Assembly: GCA_030704615.1 (NCBI GenBank)
Contig: CM060733.1
Span: 44,640,492-44,704,000, forward strand
Direction of reading: 5' to 3'
Length of the DNA: 63,509 nucleotides
From: Takakia lepidozioides
Taxonomy: Eukaryota > Plantae > Bryophyta
Below the pieces are notes generated by a model. It worked only from the letters and a program-made list of their open reading frames with translations. It was not told the DNA's origin and did not search any database. Made by a program: the position numbers and the translations under genes. Below are positions 34,301-47,089 of the stretch, in pieces (the stretch's first letter is position 1; every line of letters starts with the position of its first letter).

Positions 34301-35392
34301 TGTCGCGCGGCTTTTACCACCCATCCCTTCGCTATCCGAGGCGGAAACTCCAAGATAGAAGAGTTGGAAATCTCTAAGTACTCAGCCCGCGTAGAACAAT
34401 CAGTCATGACCTACAGCTAGTGTATCATGGGGGTGTTTCCTATTTGTTTCCCTTTTCGCATTCATCTTAGCTACCTTACCCTTGATAATTAAGTATCAGT
34501 TTGCTTCATCAATCTATCGGTTCCTTCCTCATCCATTCAATCCACAGCTTCACTCAGATCTCTACACAGTGTGATGTATCGTGTAAAGTATCAGATTATG
34601 ATTTATCAGGTATCAGGCCGAAGCCATTATGTCTCTAATCTGCTCTACAATATCACTACAGCTTTGCATATAACAAGCATCTACTAATCCTCTTTCCTCC
34701 TTCACCGTGCCCTCCATCTTTTGCTTCGATCTCCGCTCCAGCCTGACAAGAAGTCCTCCTCCGAATATCCTCCTCATCTCCCCGTTTCCCCTTATCTTCC
34801 TCTCCGCGGTTTTCTAACCGTTTCCCTCGCTAACGTCGTCTGTGAACTAACATGTTCCCTTCGCAGGTGTTGTTCCCCACAGTCGTTCCCTGTCCTACTC
34901 TTCGGTCCCTATGATGTGACCATGTGTCAAGCTGTGAATGGCTGTGTGAAAACTGTGACGGGCTGTGACTGCTGTGCGAGAACTGTGACGGGCTGTGAAC
35001 TGGCTGTGTCGGCTGTGAAACTGTGAAGGGCTGTGTGTGTTGGAGGGTGTGGGCTGTGACGAATGTGACGGGCTGTGTTGGCTTGTGTGTCGGCTGTGAC
35101 GACTGATGGGCTGGTTGGCTGGTGTGTTGCTGAGGTGTGCTGTGACGACTGTGATGGGCTGTGTGTTGGCTGTGAGGCTTGGCTGTGGACGACTGTGACG
35201 GGCTGTGTTGGCTGTGGTGCGTGACGACTGTGACGGGCTGTGTTGGCTGTGACGGGCTGTGACGACTGTGTAACCCCCCTCTACACTGCGCTGCTGTCAC
35301 CCCTAAGGCTCCTGTTGGTCTCAGTCTGTGCAAAAAATTAAGGTACCCTAAAGATCCCGTATAAGTGTCTAAGTCCCCTACAGTCCTTAACA
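34301..35392 (-). repeat. 5' LTR of copy 1
   Basis: Homologous to 25569-26628. Confidence 0.95.
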
Positions 35393-35652
35393 ACAGCAAC
35401 AGGCATAGATATTCATCTGTTATAGTGGGATGCAAGAAGACGCTCACCAAAGACGAGCATGTCCTAATAACCTCTGAGAGGTTCCCTTTTGGAATGACAT
35501 AATGAGTTCTTTCACCTTGACAAGGTAGTGACTTCAGGTTCATTGCTTTCATCGAATTTCAGAGTACTTGGCAGACTCGTTCCACATCTCTAGAACATTT
35601 GCCTCTGTTCCTGTCTGCTTGGAATTCATTGTTTTCTGCACGATGCCATTCC
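35393..35652 (-). pseudogene. Upstream piece of ParB-MTase copy 2, trapped between two LTR insertions
   Basis: Removing the 25569-35392 element gives SMPVACPPLSHDITKLETDF, aligning with copy 1 SLPIVRQALPGDVDKLKFAF. Confidence 0.7.
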
Positions 35653-38600
35653 TGTCGCGGCCCTTTGCCTTGAGGGCAGGGGGTCGGGACACATGAGGGG
35701 CTGCCCCTGTGGGGGGGGGCAGCGGCAGCGATAGGTATGGGGGCTGAGGCACCCTTGAGTGCCCAAGGCACTCAGGGAAGCGGAGGCGCTCACTAGGTGG
35801 AGCCCCGCACACCGGGTTGCGGTGGGGGTGGCTCCACAAGGGGTGGTGGTAGCTTAGGGGACTTAGTGGGGGTGGCATAGGACTCACCATGGGGGCGGAG
35901 ACCTCGTGGTGGGAGTCGTGGGGAGTCTTGGGACTCATCACGGTCCATAGGGGCCGTGGTGAGCGGGCCAAGACTCACCGCGACTCACCACCGGGAATCG
36001 AGGGTCTTCGTGGTGGTTCGCCATAAAATGGCATGGCTGGTTGTGAAACCCCCGCGGACAGCTACAGAAGTATATAGGGAGTAGTAACCCCGAGAACGGT
36101 GCAAGCCCGTTGGTGACCAAAAACTAGTGAGTAAGCGAGCGAGCCGGAAAGCGACCAAAGAGTGGGGAGCTGTTCCGGACTGCCATCTACCAAAGGGAAT
36201 TCTCCTAGTCCCAATAAGGTGGAGGGTTTAGAGGAAGCGAAAGGGGACCGTTATGTCCGGTGAGCAGCCGAAGCTCCAAGTTGGCCCGGCGGCCAGGTTG
36301 GGAGTCAGGCGCGCGCATCAAAGCGAGTAACTATGACTTGAAGGGGAGTTTACCGAAGTGAGGTGCGCGACACTTGGTATCAGAGCTAGAGTTCAGTACG
36401 CGATCGTCCTTGGGATTGGCCTCATCATGGGGTCGGGCAAGCCGAAGCGAAAGCGGAACGGCCCAAAAGATGATGATCCCGGTGAGCCCGATGGGGGCGG
36501 CGTGTCACCGAGGCGGCCGTTTGAGGAAGCGATGCATGTTTCCGAAAACGAGGCCGCCCAAGAGCGGGAGGAATCCGAGGAGTCGGAGCCCGAGGAATCC
36601 TTGAGAGCTCCGACAAACCAAGAGATGCCTCCCATGCCGGCAGCCTTTTGGGAAGGGTTGTTGGCGCAGTTTGGCGGGACGTTGAAAGACGTGTTGAAGG
36701 CGGCTAATGCCACTTCCACTAAGGCAAAGTTTAAGGTGAAGCCTAAGGAACCCGGCACCTTCGAGGGCGTCCGAAATCGGAAGGCACTCAACACCTGGCT
36801 CTTGGAGCTGGAGCAGTACTTCCGGGCGGCCAAGTTGAGTGACGAGGATCGCGTGGAAGTGGCTCCCACCTATTTGAGGGGCTATGCTCAACAATGGTGG
36901 CAGAAACGCCTTCACGACCGAGGTCCAAGTCCGGAAACCTTGAACTGGAGTGGGTTCAAGGAATTGTTGAAGAGACAGTTTGTGCCCCTCAACGCGTCCT
37001 GGCTTGCCCGGGACAAGATGAGGAATTTGAAGCAAACAGATGACATTCGGGGGTATGTCCAGGCTTTCAATGTGCTGTTGCTCGAAGTCGCGGACATGGC
37101 AGAACCAGAAATGGTCTTCAACTTTGTGGCGGGACTGGCCCCATGGGCCAGGCGGAAGTTGGAGGAGAAGCCACCCAAGACTTTGAACGAGGCAATTGAG
37201 AGGGCTGAATGTTTCTCGGTTGTCCCTAGGGGTGAAAGACAAGGCCGTACGGAGCTGAACCACAAGAAGATTCGGCGGGAAGGTGACTCCTTCCGACCGG
37301 AAAAGAAGTGGGATAGGCCACGCGGCGATAATGGCACGTGGAAATCGAAGGGAGGGCCTTCACACGTCAAGGCGGCACTCGGTGCTCCAAAAGGAAAAGC
37401 GGGTGGAGCGGCTTATGGCGGACAGAAGGCAACCTTTGATGGAGTGTGTTTCAATTGCGGGGAGCCCGGGCACATGGCCAAGAAATGCACGAAGCCCCGG
37501 CAATTGAACATGACTCGGGCGACCACGGAGCTGTCGGAAGATACCATCAGTCGCTTGGTGGAAGCGGTGGTCGCCAGGACTTGCAAGGTAGGCAAATTTT
37601 CTTGTGAGTTGTATCAGGAAACTGGCGCCTTACGAAAAGGGAGTCAGTTATTGTTCGTGGATGGGATAATATCTGGAACTAATGTGTCGTTGTTGGTGGA
37701 CACAGGAGCGTTGCACTCCTTCATGACACCGGCAACGGCACAAAAGCTGGGACTCCCGACAAGTGACGTGGGGGCCTCTATTGAGGTGCGTTCGGCCAAA
37801 GGAGAACCACAGTTGGCGACAAGGTTGGCGATAGATGTTCCTCTTCAACTGGGGAGTTGGGAGGGACGTGAGAACTTCACCATCTGCGAGATCGATGGAG
37901 TAGATCTCATTTTAGGGATGACCTTTCTGAGCAAATCCGGAGCGGTCATAGATGGCCGCAAGAGAGTAGTCACGCTGCCATGTGGGAATGGTGGCGAGGT
38001 CTTACGAGTGTCGGAAATGCCCAAATCCGTGGGAGGGCGAATAAACCTTCTGTCAGCAAGGGAGTGGGCTATGGAGGAGGCACACAAACCCCAGTTCTTG
38101 CTTTACATTAGAGAAGTGAAGGGAGAAGGCGATGGGGAGCCGAGCCCAGATTGGATCAAGGGGATTTTGGAGCAATACCAGGATGTGATGCCGGAGGAAT
38201 TACCAAGCGGCTTGCCACCGCGAAGAGGAGTTGACCACAAGATTGAGGTGATACCGGGATCGGAACCGCCTGCCAAGGCGCCCTACCGGTTGAGCCACAG
38301 AGAGTTGGTCGAACTGAAGACTCAGCTCAAGGATCTAATGTCAAAGGGGTACATCCGGCCGAGTAAGTCACCTTACGGAGCCCCGGTGCTATTTGCAGAC
38401 AAGAAGGATGGGACGCTGCGGATGTGTGTCGATTACAGGGCTCTGAATAAGGTGACTATCAAAAATCGGTACCCTTTGCCAAGGATCGACGACCTCTTCG
38501 ATCGGTTGGCAGGAGCGAAGTATTTCAGCCGGATCGACTTGCGCTCCGGCTATCACCAAATTCGGGTGGCGGAAGGAGATGAGGAGAAGACCGCGTGCAG

Positions 38601-41600
38601 GACAAGGTATGGTTCATATGAGTTCTTGGTGATGCCTTTTGGGCTCACCAATGCACCAGCGACATTTAGCACGCTGATGAACAGCCTTTTCCAGGAGTGG
38701 TTGGATGACTTTGTGATCGTGTACATCGACGACATCTTGGTGTACTCGAAAACAAAGGAGGAGCACCTGGAGCACCTCAAAAGGGTGTTCCAAAAATTGC
38801 GAGAAGGGAAGCTGTATGCCAAAGCCTCAAAGTGCGAATTCGGGGTCACAAAAGTGGAGTTCATGGGGCATGTGATTACACAGGATGGGATCAAAATGGA
38901 TGACAGAATGGTGAGGGCGATCTTGGACTGGGAGCCTCCGACTTCGGTCCCAGGAGTGCGATCCTTCCTAGGACTCGCCTCCTATTACCGGAAGTATGTG
39001 AGAAATTTCGCCAAGATTGCGGGGCCGCTGTCAGACCTTCTGTGTAAATCTAAAGTCTGGGCCTGGAACACCTTTTGTGGCCAAGCTTTTGCTGAATTGA
39101 AGCAGCGGATGGCGGAAGCTCCAGTCTTGAAAATCCCGGAGTTCGATCGTCCATTTGAGATTCATACAGATGCGTCGGACTTCGCGATTGGGGGTGTACT
39201 TATGCAAGATGGACGTCCAGTGGCTTACGAAAGTAAGAAACTGAATGAAGTGGAGCGACGGTGGCCGACGCACGAAAAAGAGATGAAGGCGGTGGTGCAT
39301 TGCCTTGAGCTCTGGCGCCACTATGTTGGTTCCAACCCAGTGAAGGTGTTCACGGACAATGTCACGGTGAAGTATTTTGCCACGCAGCCCAAGTTGTCCC
39401 CAAAACAACTTAGGTGGCAAGATACTTTGGCAGTGTTCGATGTGGATATCCAGTACAAACCGGGACGGGACAATGTGGTGGCCGATGCTTTAAGTAGAAA
39501 GCAGCAGCTCTTGTTGGTGTACAAGGGCGAGACGGCACTCCAAAGGAAGATCCGGAAGGCTTGCCGGAAGGATGAGCTGGCGAAGTCCGTGATGCAGGAC
39601 TTGAGGATGGGGGTTAAATCGCAGTTCCACTTGCAAAATGGACTGCTTTGGTATAAGCAAAAGCGTCTCTACGTGCTGAAGGGAGGGATCAGGGATAGTC
39701 TCTTGAGAGAATGCCATGATAGCCCGCTTGCGGGCCACGGTGGAGCCAAGCGCACTGCGGCACTCTTGAAGAAAGAGTATTTCTGGCCCAAACTGAGGGA
39801 GGAGGCAGAGGAGTATGTCAAGACATGCACCACATGCCAACAAAACCAGAGCGAGTACAAAAAGCAAGCGGGGCTGTTACAACCCTTGCCGATTCCAGAG
39901 GGGACTTGGGAAAGCGTCTCGATGTATTTCATGACTGCTATGCCGCTGTCAAAAGGATTCGATGCAATCATGGTGGTGGTAGATAGGTTCAGTAAAATGG
40001 GCCATTTCATCCCCACCAAGGAGACGGCAACGGCGCAGGAGACAGGGCGACTTTACTTCGCCCACGTCTTAAAGCATCATGGAGTCCCGAAGGATATTGT
40101 CTCGGACCGCGATCCAAAGTTTACGAGTAAATTCTGGAGAGCACTTTGGAAGAAGATGGGGACGAGGCTGAAGATAAGCACCGCCTTCCGACCTACGACG
40201 GACGGCCAAACGGAAAGAGTGAATTCCGTAGTGAAGCAATTCTTGCGGAATTACGTGTCGGCAGACCAATCAGACTGGATGGAACACTTAGACGCGGCAG
40301 AGTTCTGTTATAATAACACAGAACACTCCGCAACGGGAGTTTCCCCTTTTGTGTTGGTCTATGGAAAAGCACCTCTGGTGCCGACAAGTTGGGCCGCCCA
40401 GGACGTTGAGGAACCGGCAGTAGCGGCGGTACTGGAAGAACGCGAGCGTTTGTTGAAGCTCGCAAAGTACAATATTGCCAAAGCTAGGAAACGGTATGAA
40501 AGGCAGGCAAATCGGAAGCGGAGGGAAGTGAAGTTTGAGGCAGGCACAGAGGTCTGGTTGAACATCAAGAATTTCCGACTACCTCCGGAAGTGAGTCCGA
40601 AGTTCGTGCCTCCGTATGCGGGACCCTTTCGCATTCGGAAGGTTATGAATGAGGATGTGTATGAATTGGAGCTGCCGGCAAACAGCAAGGTGCACCCAGT
40701 ATTCCATGTCTTCCTTTTGAAGCCTTACTTCAAAGATGAAGCGCGTCCGAATCGGCATCAAGTGTTGCGTCCGCCACCTATGCTGTTGGATCATGAAAAT
40801 GAACCTGAGTACGAGGTGGAGGCAATACTTAAGTCGAGGAGGTTCAAGAACCGAGAAACGGAGTATCTCGTCAAATGGAAGGGCTATCATCATGTGGAGG
40901 CATCTTGGGTGCGTGCCTCAGAAATGGGAAACGCATCCGAGGCGGTTGCAGCTTTCGAAGGGCGACCTCAAAAGCGGAAGAAGCGTTGATGGGGACATCA
41001 ACCTTGGAGCGTGGGGGAGGAAATGCATGCTTAGCCCGGTTTAGCTAGCTCAGGAATCCGATTGCAAAAACTCGTATTGTACAAAAATTTGTTATAAAGG
41101 AAATGGGTTCCAAATATTTTGCGTCTTATTGTGTTTGGAATGGTGATGCATGGTGTGGTTGGCTAGTGTGTAGAATGCATGCTAGCTTACAAAAGTGGGA
41201 GAGGTAAATTGGGTAATCGTGTGTTTGCGCAGTGCCGAAATCGGGTGACTCCCATCCAAGGGGCAAGGAAACTTGCGCCTTCTTTGGGAGTTCACGTGCT
41301 AGTGCGCACCTGGCGCGTGCGCGTACTATAACTGCGCTACCGAGGGGGTTGCCTTGTAGTGCGGGCTAACGCGGAAGCTACGTGCTTCCGTTCACGTACT
41401 ATAATCGTGTAACCTCGGGACGAAGTCGTAGTGCGGCTTCGACGTGTTCCCGTACCTCAGGCCAGCATTCCAAGGCGGACCCAATTGTAGTGATTGGGGC
41501 GCACGGTTGGTTCAAGGTTATCTTCCTAGTCAAAGAGGGTTCCAGGTGAACCCTTGCGCAAGGTGATGCCAAAAGCGGCATCATGAGCGATCGCAAGCAA

Positions 41601-42619
41601 TGTTGTTGCAGTAAGGCGATTCGATCCTCGGGGATGATCGTTCCTTGGCCTTGAAGTAGGCCAAGAAGAGTGCACTGGGAGGAGCTGGAGAGGCTCCACC
41701 TTGGCCGGGACTTGGAGGAAGTCGGCCGAACTAGCTAGTGGAGAGTAGAGTCAAGTGTGGGGTTTGGTTCCTTACCATGGGACGCCATGGTACAGAAACA
41801 AACTCCTTGATGTGGGACGCCACAACTTGGATGTTCGTTTCTACAAAATGGACAAGTCGATGAGGACATCGACTCCCTGTTGGTAGGGGTGTGTGTCGCG
41901 GCCCTTTGCCTTGAGGGCAGGGGGTCGGGACACATGAGGGGCTGCCCCTGTGGTGGGGGCAGCGGCAGCGATAGGTATGGGGGGCTGAGGCACCCTTGAG
42001 TGCCCAAGGCACTCAGGGAAGCGGAGGCGCTCACTAGATGGAGCCCCGCACACCGGGTTGCGGTGGGGGTGGCTCCACAAGGGGTGGTGGTAGCTTAGTG
42101 GGACTTAGTGGGGGTGGCATAGGACTCACCATGGGGGCGGAGACCTCGTGGTGGGAGTCGTGGGGAGTCTTGGGACTCATCACGGTCCATAGGGGCCGTG
42201 GTGAGCGGGCCAAGACTCACCGCGACTCACCACCGGGAATCGAGGGTCTTCGTGGTGGTTCGCCATAAAATGGCATGGCTGGTTGTGAAACCCCCGCGGA
42301 CAGCTACATAAGTATATATAGGGAGTAGTAACCCCGAGAACGGTGCAAGCCCGTTGGTGACCAAAAACTAGTGAGTAAGCGAGCGAGCCGGAAAGTGACC
42401 AAAGAGTGGGGAGCTGTTCCGGACTGCCATCTACCAAAGGGAATTCTCCTAGTCCCAATAAGGTGGAGGGTTTTAGAGGGAAGCGAAAGGGGACCGTTAT
42501 GTCCCGGTGAGCAGCCGAAGCTCCAAGTTGGCCCGGCGGCCAAGTTGGGAGTCAGGCGCGCGCATCAAAGCGAGTAACTATGACTTGAAGGGGAGTTTAC
42601 CGAAGTGGGGTGCACGACA
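35653..42619 (+). mobile_element. Full-length chromovirus LTR retrotransposon (Galadriel-like)
   Basis: LTRs 35653-36372 and 41894-42619. Perfect TSD ATTCC (35648-35652, 42620-42624). PBS TGGTATCAGAGC (tRNA-iMet, 36375-36386). PPT ~41881-41893. Confidence 0.97.
36427..40989 (+). CDS. Gag-Pol polyprotein: gag, CCHC knuckle, protease, RT, RNase H, integrase, chromodomain
   Basis: Single open [43 protein letters not shown]...YLVKWKGY...SW. First integrase Asp reads Tyr (SMYF). Confidence 0.97.
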   Translation: MGSGKPKRKRNGPKDDDPGEPDGGGVSPRRPFEEAMHVSENEAAQEREESEESEPEESLRAPTNQEMPPMPAAFWEGLLAQFGGTLKDVLKAANATSTKAKFKVKPKEPGTFEGVRNRKALNTWLLELEQYFRAAKLSDEDRVEVAPTYLRGYAQQWWQKRLHDRGPSPETLNWSGFKELLKRQFVPLNASWLARDKMRNLKQTDDIRGYVQAFNVLLLEVADMAEPEMVFNFVAGLAPWARRKLEEKPPKTLNEAIERAECFSVVPRGERQGRTELNHKKIRREGDSFRPEKKWDRPRGDNGTWKSKGGPSHVKAALGAPKGKAGGAAYGGQKATFDGVCFNCGEPGHMAKKCTKPRQLNMTRATTELSEDTISRLVEAVVARTCKVGKFSCELYQETGALRKGSQLLFVDGIISGTNVSLLVDTGALHSFMTPATAQKLGLPTSDVGASIEVRSAKGEPQLATRLAIDVPLQLGSWEGRENFTICEIDGVDLILGMTFLSKSGAVIDGRKRVVTLPCGNGGEVLRVSEMPKSVGGRINLLSAREWAMEEAHKPQFLLYIREVKGEGDGEPSPDWIKGILEQYQDVMPEELPSGLPPRRGVDHKIEVIPGSEPPAKAPYRLSHRELVELKTQLKDLMSKGYIRPSKSPYGAPVLFADKKDGTLRMCVDYRALNKVTIKNRYPLPRIDDLFDRLAGAKYFSRIDLRSGYHQIRVAEGDEEKTACRTRYGSYEFLVMPFGLTNAPATFSTLMNSLFQEWLDDFVIVYIDDILVYSKTKEEHLEHLKRVFQKLREGKLYAKASKCEFGVTKVEFMGHVITQDGIKMDDRMVRAILDWEPPTSVPGVRSFLGLASYYRKYVRNFAKIAGPLSDLLCKSKVWAWNTFCGQAFAELKQRMAEAPVLKIPEFDRPFEIHTDASDFAIGGVLMQDGRPVAYESKKLNEVERRWPTHEKEMKAVVHCLELWRHYVGSNPVKVFTDNVTVKYFATQPKLSPKQLRWQDTLAVFDVDIQYKPGRDNVVADALSRKQQLLLVYKGETALQRKIRKACRKDELAKSVMQDLRMGVKSQFHLQNGLLWYKQKRLYVLKGGIRDSLLRECHDSPLAGHGGAKRTAALLKKEYFWPKLREEAEEYVKTCTTCQQNQSEYKKQAGLLQPLPIPEGTWESVSMYFMTAMPLSKGFDAIMVVVDRFSKMGHFIPTKETATAQETGRLYFAHVLKHHGVPKDIVSDRDPKFTSKFWRALWKKMGTRLKISTAFRPTTDGQTERVNSVVKQFLRNYVSADQSDWMEHLDAAEFCYNNTEHSATGVSPFVLVYGKAPLVPTSWAAQDVEEPAVAAVLEERERLLKLAKYNIAKARKRYERQANRKRREVKFEAGTEVWLNIKNFRLPPEVSPKFVPPYAGPFRIRKVMNEDVYELELPANSKVHPVFHVFLLKPYFKDEARPNRHQVLRPPPMLLDHENEPEYEVEAILKSRRFKNRETEYLVKWKGYHHVEASWVRASEMGNASEAVAAFEGRPQKRKKR

Positions 42620-42650
42620 ATTCCAATCTGACAGTGAGTAATGTGCTAAT

Positions 42651-43123
42651 AGTGAACGTCGGTACTGACCATCACTCTGTCTCATCTCAAATCACAGTGA
42701 ATGGCGGCACCAACATTCACAACCATCTACACAACCAAAGCTGATCCAGACAAATGCAAACCAAAACAATATGACTACATAGTGATGGTCGGTACTGACA
42801 ATCACTATGTTTCTGGGCAAACAGGTACAGAGAGGTTCTGAGCATTAGCGAACGGCGTTAACGACAATCACAAAACATTGCATTTGAAGGACCTGCTGGA
42901 TCGGTTTGGTGCAATGAAATATATGTCTAAGTGATTGGCGGCACCGACACTCAGTCTAGTTTAGGGCAGAAAGTGAGTGCAGATAAGTCAGAGAGACTCC
43001 ATTGTGATGATTGTCACAAACAATCACTGTTTCTTGTGTCTCGAACGTACTTTCCAATTGATACTCTACATGAATCTACAGTATGGTTTCCAAAAAAGTG
43101 ATTGGCGGTACCGCCATTCCACT
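42651..43123. repeat. Dispersed degenerate type-C palindromes (AGTGAWYGKCG-N4-YRMCAWTCAC)
   Basis: Copies at ~42651, 42696, 42781, 42930, 43097. Same type as the copy-2 intron repeat, so likely upstream or intronic DNA of ParB-MTase copy 2. Confidence 0.7.
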
Positions 43124-43336
43124 TCCCTAATCTGTTCAACCTGAAACATAGAAAATGTAATGCAAGACTATATGACTGAATATGCCGACCATCATTCTCT
43201 CTCCACGCATACAGGTACATAAAGCTCATGAGGAGAATCGAATAGCGTTAACGACAAACGCACTACACTAGAATTGAATGCCGTCAATCACAGGTTCCTG
43301 CTACAGAATGAAAGAGAAGGAGTGCTTGAAAGGCAA

Positions 43337-45792
43337 TCAGACTGACTCTATGATATGACGCATCAGCATTTCCTGCCTGTCCGGCCCCAAGCCCCACTGT
43401 TTCCCTTTCAAGAACTCGTTGTACCTGCTTTGTTGCATAATTGACCTCACAATGTCCTCCGTTGTGGGAGTGAGGATGTCCACCAGATGCGCCGCAGAGG
43501 AGGCACGCCAGGAAGAATGCACTGATTCTGCCATGTTTGTCGTCGGCATGTCGGTGTCGGAGTCGAGACACATTTCCTGCACAAGCACATGTTGAGGTTA
43601 CAAACAAGTTACAAATAATGCCAAGAACAATATTCAACGGGACGCGAATTCGTCCAATTCACCTCCCGCATATAGTCGCCGAACTGGAGAAAACGATAAT
43701 GCCACCATGCTAGCCAACTGACCATTGCTCCCTCATCTGATTTTTTTACAGCACCTGACGATGTCCACCAAGCCCGTATACATGCAAACTGTGTCTCTGC
43801 ATCATCCAAGGTGGGAGCGCGCTTCCACGCAAGACACATGGAACGGTGCTCCTCTCTGAAATCTGGCACCTCGAGCCTGGCTGTGTACTGCGACAAGCTC
43901 TGCAGAAAATGGAACCCACAAGATCTCTCCTTGCCTTCCATGGGAACATTGGGGTCATCCCCGTACACCCTTTGGATGGCAGCCCAATTTGCTTGTGCGT
44001 TGTCTGCCATGAAACCACGGAAATTGGGAGGGGGCAATCCCGCCCTGGCCATCTGTTCGTTTATTCCCTGCCAAAGAAGCATCTCCGATTGTGTGTCCTC
44101 TCCTTTCATCTCACAAATAGCAATTGTCATTAGCATCCTGCAGTGGGTGTCGTAGACATGTGCACCCATTGTCACCCACTGGTGATTTGTAATTCGCTTG
44201 ATATGGTCGAACATGACCCAATTGTTTGACAAGTCCCCACTCGTCATCCTGTCGACCAGTTCGACGCCGCTGCTAGGTCCACACGTGGACATTTTGAATA
44301 CGAAACAACGATCTACCTCGGTCCCTTGTCCTGGAAACCTACTTCCATGAATGTAGTCATATCCACATCGTCGCTTCACCTCCAGAATGGAGTGCATATC
44401 CGAGCCACGCCCAATTTTTTGTTTGCATGAGACAATGTGGTTTCGGACATTCGGTGAACAGACATGGGACACTGACTCCAGCAATGCCTCCATTTCCTTG
44501 TCATCGAGAGGAACTCTATCAGAGCCGTCTTCCGACATAATTCTGGCCAATGCCATCTTATGGGCGGCTTGCAGCTGTATCCGTTTGGGTTTGGCACCCG
44601 TGTCTCAACTTAACCTCCTCATGAACGAGCTGCTCTGCCTCGTGGGCAGCCTCCCGCGAGTTCCCCTCGCCAATTTGTGACAATGGGAACCAATGTGTAT
44701 GCAAGCTCGGGTGAGGTCAGGGAAACGGTGCAACACATAGAACTGCTTGGCATTACAAACATACATGCAGTGTGGTGGTTCTTTGCAATGTGCACACTTA
44801 AATGTGGAGTTCGGAACCTTCTCCTGAGCTCGAAATGGTTGATGAGCTGTGCCTGTCCAATCGGTCTTGTTCCTGTGACCTTTGGATTTAAAGTGGAAGC
44901 AAGTTGGGGAGAAACACCGCAACGCGCCCGCACAAACAACGTAGCGCACCCGCACACCATCCAGCATCTTCATGCTGGTGGTTTGGGTGACGCACCAAGG
45001 ATGACCGTCATGTTTTCTATCCATATCTGTCAACATTCTGGACGCCCTCGAGTAGTCCGTCCGAGGAGGGAACTCAAAGAAGATATTACCATCGACGTCT
45101 GCGGGAAGGCATGTAACGGATCTAATTGCGAACTTGCTGTAGTCCAGCCCGGCCAGCTCCGAGCGGTGTCCCTCCATGTGAAGCCCTCGCAGAATATCAA
45201 GAATGGAATGAACTGCGGTGCTCGTGCTGGGAATATGACTCCCTCGTCCACTGACATCCATTGAGGACTTGCCTGATCTCCAGGACGATCTCGGAACTTC
45301 CATGACCTCGTCTGAGTCGGACAGGTTGTGAACAACCCGGTTCTCGCTCGTCTCCATTGATGGGTTCGGCTCTGGATTTTCTTCGTTGCAGACTTCTCTC
45401 TTTGAGGTACCCACTCTCTGATTTGCGGATTGTTTCGTGGAAGGTGCCAGGATAGAAGGTACATTTGGCGGGCAAATGAAGTCCCCAACAGCCCTGTATA
45501 TGACGTTGTCCGATGGTGGAACTCGCCATTCCCTACCATTGCCGAAATCATCATGGAGCACAACAATACTCTCGACAACAACGCCGTTTGAGTCCTTCCT
45601 TTCCTCCTCCAAAAAAACCGACCTCGGTTTCAGGTGGTATCGAACGCACAGATATTTCTCCATCACCCGACAGATGTCCCCTCTGCATGGAAATGAAGCT
45701 ATATGCTCGTGAGGAGGGCAGTACACTGTAGCGCTCGGGTTTTCCGCCGTGGGAGATGTGCACACAAGACTGCTAGGATGGCGTTCGGGCAA
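43337..45792 (-). pseudogene. MULE (Mutator) DDE transposase with N-terminal GCM-like Zn-binding domain; frameshifted, no SWIM tail visible
   Basis: WVMFDH (D1), FMADNAQAN (D2), CGFH (CxxH), TTNMAESVH (E), with an 86-bp GT-AG intron 43577-43662. Upstream DGHPW...CAGALRC...C...CAHC...C...HIGSHCH resembles the GCM/WRKY Zn fold. Confidence 0.85.
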
Positions 45793-46301
45793 GCTCCCTG
45801 GTAGAAGGGGGATGCAGCAAGGGGAAGGAATGCGGTGCCGATTTGCCCGAGCGACGAAGCCTGTTCCAAATCCAGGGAGCCCACTATCTCAAAAATCCAC
45901 AGTCAGAGTGTTAATGGTCTTTGCGCAATAACTACCAACGGTATGCAGTCAGAAAGTATATGACCAGTGCATATGCGCTGTGCAAACCAATAATTGTGGG
46001 GTCTGACAAGAAGCGTGGGTGGCGACCGTGCCAGCACCTTCCCCATGGGCAGAGGGAACTGACAGAGGTGGCATTCCAGTGGGTCCGATTGCAAGATTGA
46101 CTGCCAGACCCTCGCTGCGAAAAGTCAACATTCAACAAAATGCAACATCGCACAAAAATCATACTTTGGTTCAAAGGAGACATTTTTATTAATAATGAAC
46201 TGTGACAAGTATGCATGCCCTCACAAATCGAGGGAAGCCAGAAGTATGCATGCAATCCATGCTCAGGTAAGTTGGAAATTCGTTCCAGTGTTGCACTGTT
46301 C

Positions 46302-46868
46302 TCACCAAGAAGCTAGAACTTCGATTGCCCTCTCAATGAGCTCACGACTGACAGGGTGTCGGTAGGTGAAGACAATGGATGCAGCCCGTTTGCCTTTGGT
46401 GTAGTGGACAATGGTGTCATGTCCTCCGATATATGCACCATCGTAAATCGAGATCTTTGTTGTGGAGACTCTGTGTCCATAGGACTCATCCTCGTAGCTT
46501 ATGAGAATGTCCCCATACACTGTTTGGGATGGAATCCTCTCTGGCACGTACGTACACCCGATGCAATCCTCGTAGGCCCACTGGCAGCACCTCCAATGAT
46601 GTAGTAAGGCCGTGCGACTTTTGGGGATGTTCCATGCAGGCGGATAGTGCAGATCAACGATTCGTAGGCACCACAGCCGCGCAAGCCCGTCCCCGCGAGG
46701 CTGATCGTGGAAGCCAGGAAGGTACTCGAGAGCGGAAAGGTGCACCCGCCTCTACTGAGAGTGGTCTATCCAATCCTGCAGGTATATGAAAATATCCCCT
46801 GACTTGAGCGAGAAGTCCCATGGGGTCAGATTTTTGTTTGGGTAGTTGATTGGATTCCCGCACGCCAT
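46302..46868 (-). pseudogene. Uncharacterised cargo protein, paralogue P4 (in-frame TAG at 46752-46754)
   Basis: MACGNP...SGDIFIY...*...ALEYLPG...KSRTALLHHWRCCQW...YGDI...YDGAYIGGHDTIV...ELIERAIEV. Confidence 0.85.
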
Positions 46869-47089
46869 CGCCGAATATTGACAGTCCTGCCAGGAAGCAA
46901 ACAGGGAGCGCAGGGAGGGGGTCGTGGGGGGGGGTGGCCGGATTAAGAGAGAGGAGCACAAAGCGAGGGTGTTGTTGTTATCGCGGTTTGAAACGGAAGT
47001 GGCAAATGGCAAAGAAAAAGAGAATTTAGTTGGACATGGCGTCAAATCGGAGGGTGACGGCCCCACGTGCCTGCCAGATAACAGGCCCC

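Larger units (their letters stand above)
25569..35392 (-). mobile_element. Athila/Phygy-like non-chromovirus Ty3/Gypsy LTR retrotransposon, copy 1
   Basis: LTRs 25569-26628 and 34301-35392 (TG...CA). Flanks ACAGG/ACAGC (5-bp TSD, one mismatch). PBS, PPT, gag, integrase C-terminus, extra ORF. Confidence 0.95.
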
